Below are positions 61,110 through 64,000 of a stretch of 64,000 bases of DNA, in pieces. The DNA comes from the human T2T-CHM13v2.0 reference genome, Homo sapiens: NCBI RefSeq assembly GCF_009914755.1, contig NC_060935.1, one strand, 5' to 3'. The translations under genes were made by a program, and so were the position numbers. The notes below the pieces were generated by a model, which was given only the letters and a program-made list of their open reading frames with translations, had not been told where the DNA came from and did no database searches. Every line of letters starts with the position of its first letter. Position 1 is the first letter of the stretch.

Positions 61110-62630
61110 CTAAAATGAAAAAGGCATTTTAAAATTAGGAAAAGAAACCTGCAAACTTCAATAATAATGGCCTCATTATAGGATGTTTTTCAGTCAATCA
61201 GCAGCATTTACTGTGTATCCACTGTGTACTGAGCCCAGTTTTATGTGGAGATGCAAAAGAAAGAGTAGAGAGAATCTAGCTTAATGCTGATAAATACTTG
61301 TGAAATAAACGAATAGTAAATGAAAATAGAAAAAAAATCATAATCATTTTTCTGTATGACTAGTTGGTATAAATTATTTGGGAAGGAAAGATATCACATA
61401 TTTGATATATGTATTTATGTAATCATTCAAAAATATTTTAATTTGTATCACTTTTTATATGCTGAGCAGAGAGACATAGTACCTCCGAGCTTAAAGCTTT
61501 GGTTTCAAGGTGCATATACACTGGGGATGCATAAAGAAACTAAAATTTCTGAGATCTCACTGTGTTCAGTGTTTGCCTTTATGAAGCTTATTGGGGTAAT
61601 CACTTTTGTCTCTCAGAAATATCTTATTTCAACATGGTTATTTACACGGCAACTGGGATTAAGGTAATGAACACTATTTATAGTAGTGTCAAACTCAAGC
61701 CTGCTACTGATATCAGTTTACTTTGACCATGACCCGGGGGTAGTTACTAGACAATTCACCAAAGGCTATAGGCAAACCAAAGATATGTATGGCAAACGGA
61801 TAAAGAAGATCACTAAAAATGATATAGGCCAATGAAACAAGACTTCATGTTTTATTTCTCATTATTGGATTTACAGTTAGAATGTGTTTGGCACACAGTG
61901 AATACTTAATAAAAGCAAGCTAAATTAATAAGTGAGGAATGCCAGGAAGATGTTACTCAAATATCTATATCAAATATGCACCCAAATAATAGAAATGCTT
62001 AGCACCATCTTTGAATTATCTATGATTATAATCTTTATTTAAAATAAATAATAGCATTGTATTTATAATTGGAAGAAAACATTATTTTGCCAGCTATAGC
62101 CATAGCAGTTTTAAATACACACAGAAACTTCTTAAATAGAGGTCCCTTGTTTTAATGTAATTTGATGGAGTTTTTAAAGTTTTTAATTGATGTTTTTTAA
62201 AGATGAACTGCTTTCTACAAGAGAAAAAGAAGAATTTGGAGATCCCAGGTACTCTGAAAGGTAGAAGGGATAAGATGAGGGGAGGAGAACAGAGGAGGAA
62301 GAAGAGGAAAGAAGGAATCAATGAAATGGATGGCCATTCCCAAAGACTTCCAAATTTTCAGTAACATAGACAAAATTCATGTATAATGTGAATATAGACA
62401 TACTTTTGTATATATTGGAAAAAGGAATGCATTTCAGATGGAATTTACACAGCTTGGAAGAATATAAACTCCCTAGGTAATTAACACACATTTTAAGAAG
62501 AGCTATTTAAATTTCATATGCCATGAAATTCAGAGAGGTATTCAAAAAATTTCATATAGATTAAAGATCTTGAAGAACATAAATACCACAATATTATTTA
62601 TGCAATATAAAATATAAATATTAATCTCAG

Positions 62631-63011
62631 TGTGGTAGGCTGAATAACCACTCCCCACCTCCAAGATGTGCACCTTCCAGTCTCTAGAGCCTGTGAATAT
62701 TCCCACACGTGGCAAAAGGGACTGTACAGATGTGATTAAATTAAGGATCTTGAGATGGAGACATTGTTCTGGATTATCTGGGTAGGCCCAAATATAACCA
62801 GAAAGGTCCTTATAAGTAACAGATGGAGCAAGAGGGACCATCACAGAGAGATTTGAATATGCTATGCTGCTGGTTTTCAGATGATAGAAGGGACCATATA
62901 AGCAAAGGATGCAGGGGCCTGTAGAAATTGAAAAAGGCCAGGAAAAAAATTCTCCCCTAAAGACTCTAAATTTATGCAAAATTGTTAGACCAACAATAAG
63001 CAACTAATACA
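62631..63011 (+). mobile_element. MaLR solo LTR, MLT1D-like, internally deleted
   Basis: Starts TGTGGTAGGCTGAATAA, contains 'gtggcaaaagggactgtacagatgtgattaaattaaggatcttgagatgg', ends AACTAATACA; TSD-like CTCAG/CTAAG. Confidence 0.88.
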
Positions 63012-64000
63012 CTAAGTAAAATCTTGATTAACTAGGAGTCAAATTTGGATTGAGACTATCAGAAGTTTTCAACACATGGTCAAATACTAAGAAAACAATC
63101 AGATTGTTTAGGTATATGGAGAGGGAGAGGATACACACCACTGAAGTGAAGCCCTTAATATGGTAAATCTTATTTTATGTAAAATTTTATATTATGCAAA
63201 TTATATCTAAAAAACAATAAATCACCTGTGAATAAAGATTGCACAATAATAAGCAAGTTTTATTTTAATCTATTGTTTGAACCATTTCAATGCAACACTA
63301 ATCTATTTTCTTCTGTTTTCTGAAAATATGATGATGATAATCATAACAATTTTGAAGACAATAACCGTGGTGCTTTTTGTCCATCCTGAATCTTTTAAAG
63401 TCTATTCCTAACCTAAAGAAATGTAATACATTAAAGAAAAAAAACACTTTCTAAATATAATACTCACCATTCAATTACTTGATTCTGACCCACTACGGAG
63501 TCTGATCCATTCCCCAACATTATTCCTTACTTCTTTTTGACTGCCTTATTTTTTTACTGATTTCTATCCAACTTAACCTCAGCCCCAGATTCTTTTTGTC
63601 AACCTGATTCTACTCTGAATACCGCTTTCACCTCTGCTCCAGAGTGACTCTGTGATCTGCCTTTCAAGAGGGACCTAGTGCCTGGGCTTGGCTTTCCTCT
63701 ACACTGAGATACAACTAGACAGTCCACCCCCAAATCCAGAGCAGATAATGGAAAGTATCTTTCTCCACATCATCATCATCAGGATATTGGTCAATATCAT
63801 AATAGAAAGAAAAATGGAATTATGAAAAAAGTAAGTAGGTCAAGATAGTGCCTGTAAGGAAGGCTTTTTTCTGTGGTGGAACCTTGAAGATAGTAAGGAG
63901 CTTGGTACATATGATGGGGAGACACGAGCTCAGATGTGGAGAGAGAGAGCAAATGAAGATGGTCCAGAAAATCCAGCTCCATCTTACTATAGCCCACAGC

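Overview
AT-rich, CpG-poor primate (most likely human) intronic or intergenic DNA. No protein-coding exon, CpG island, or intact tRNA/rRNA/snRNA gene is recognisable. Much of the window is decayed transposable elements: a full-length but dead L1PB-type LINE-1 (~51.3-58.0 kb) with a target-site duplication, about nine truncated L1s, 11 Alu/FAM copies (10 on the - strand), six MaLR solo LTRs, a MER21 LTR, DNA-transposon fossils (MER53-like, MER5A, MER33, MER44), and many MIR/L2 fragments. The supplied ORFs are L1 remnants, Alu read-through or chance ORFs. I found no convincing new biological system. The best leads are a degenerate telomeric (CCCTAA)n array with a 61-bp higher-order duplication (35.6 kb), well-formed minus-strand non-coding exon/microexon candidates (60.5-63.5 kb), local duplication/palindrome repair-like scars, and some motif-dense unique segments. 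Repeat subfamily names come from recalled consensus sequences and boundaries are approximate; both need RepeatMasker/Dfam confirmation.
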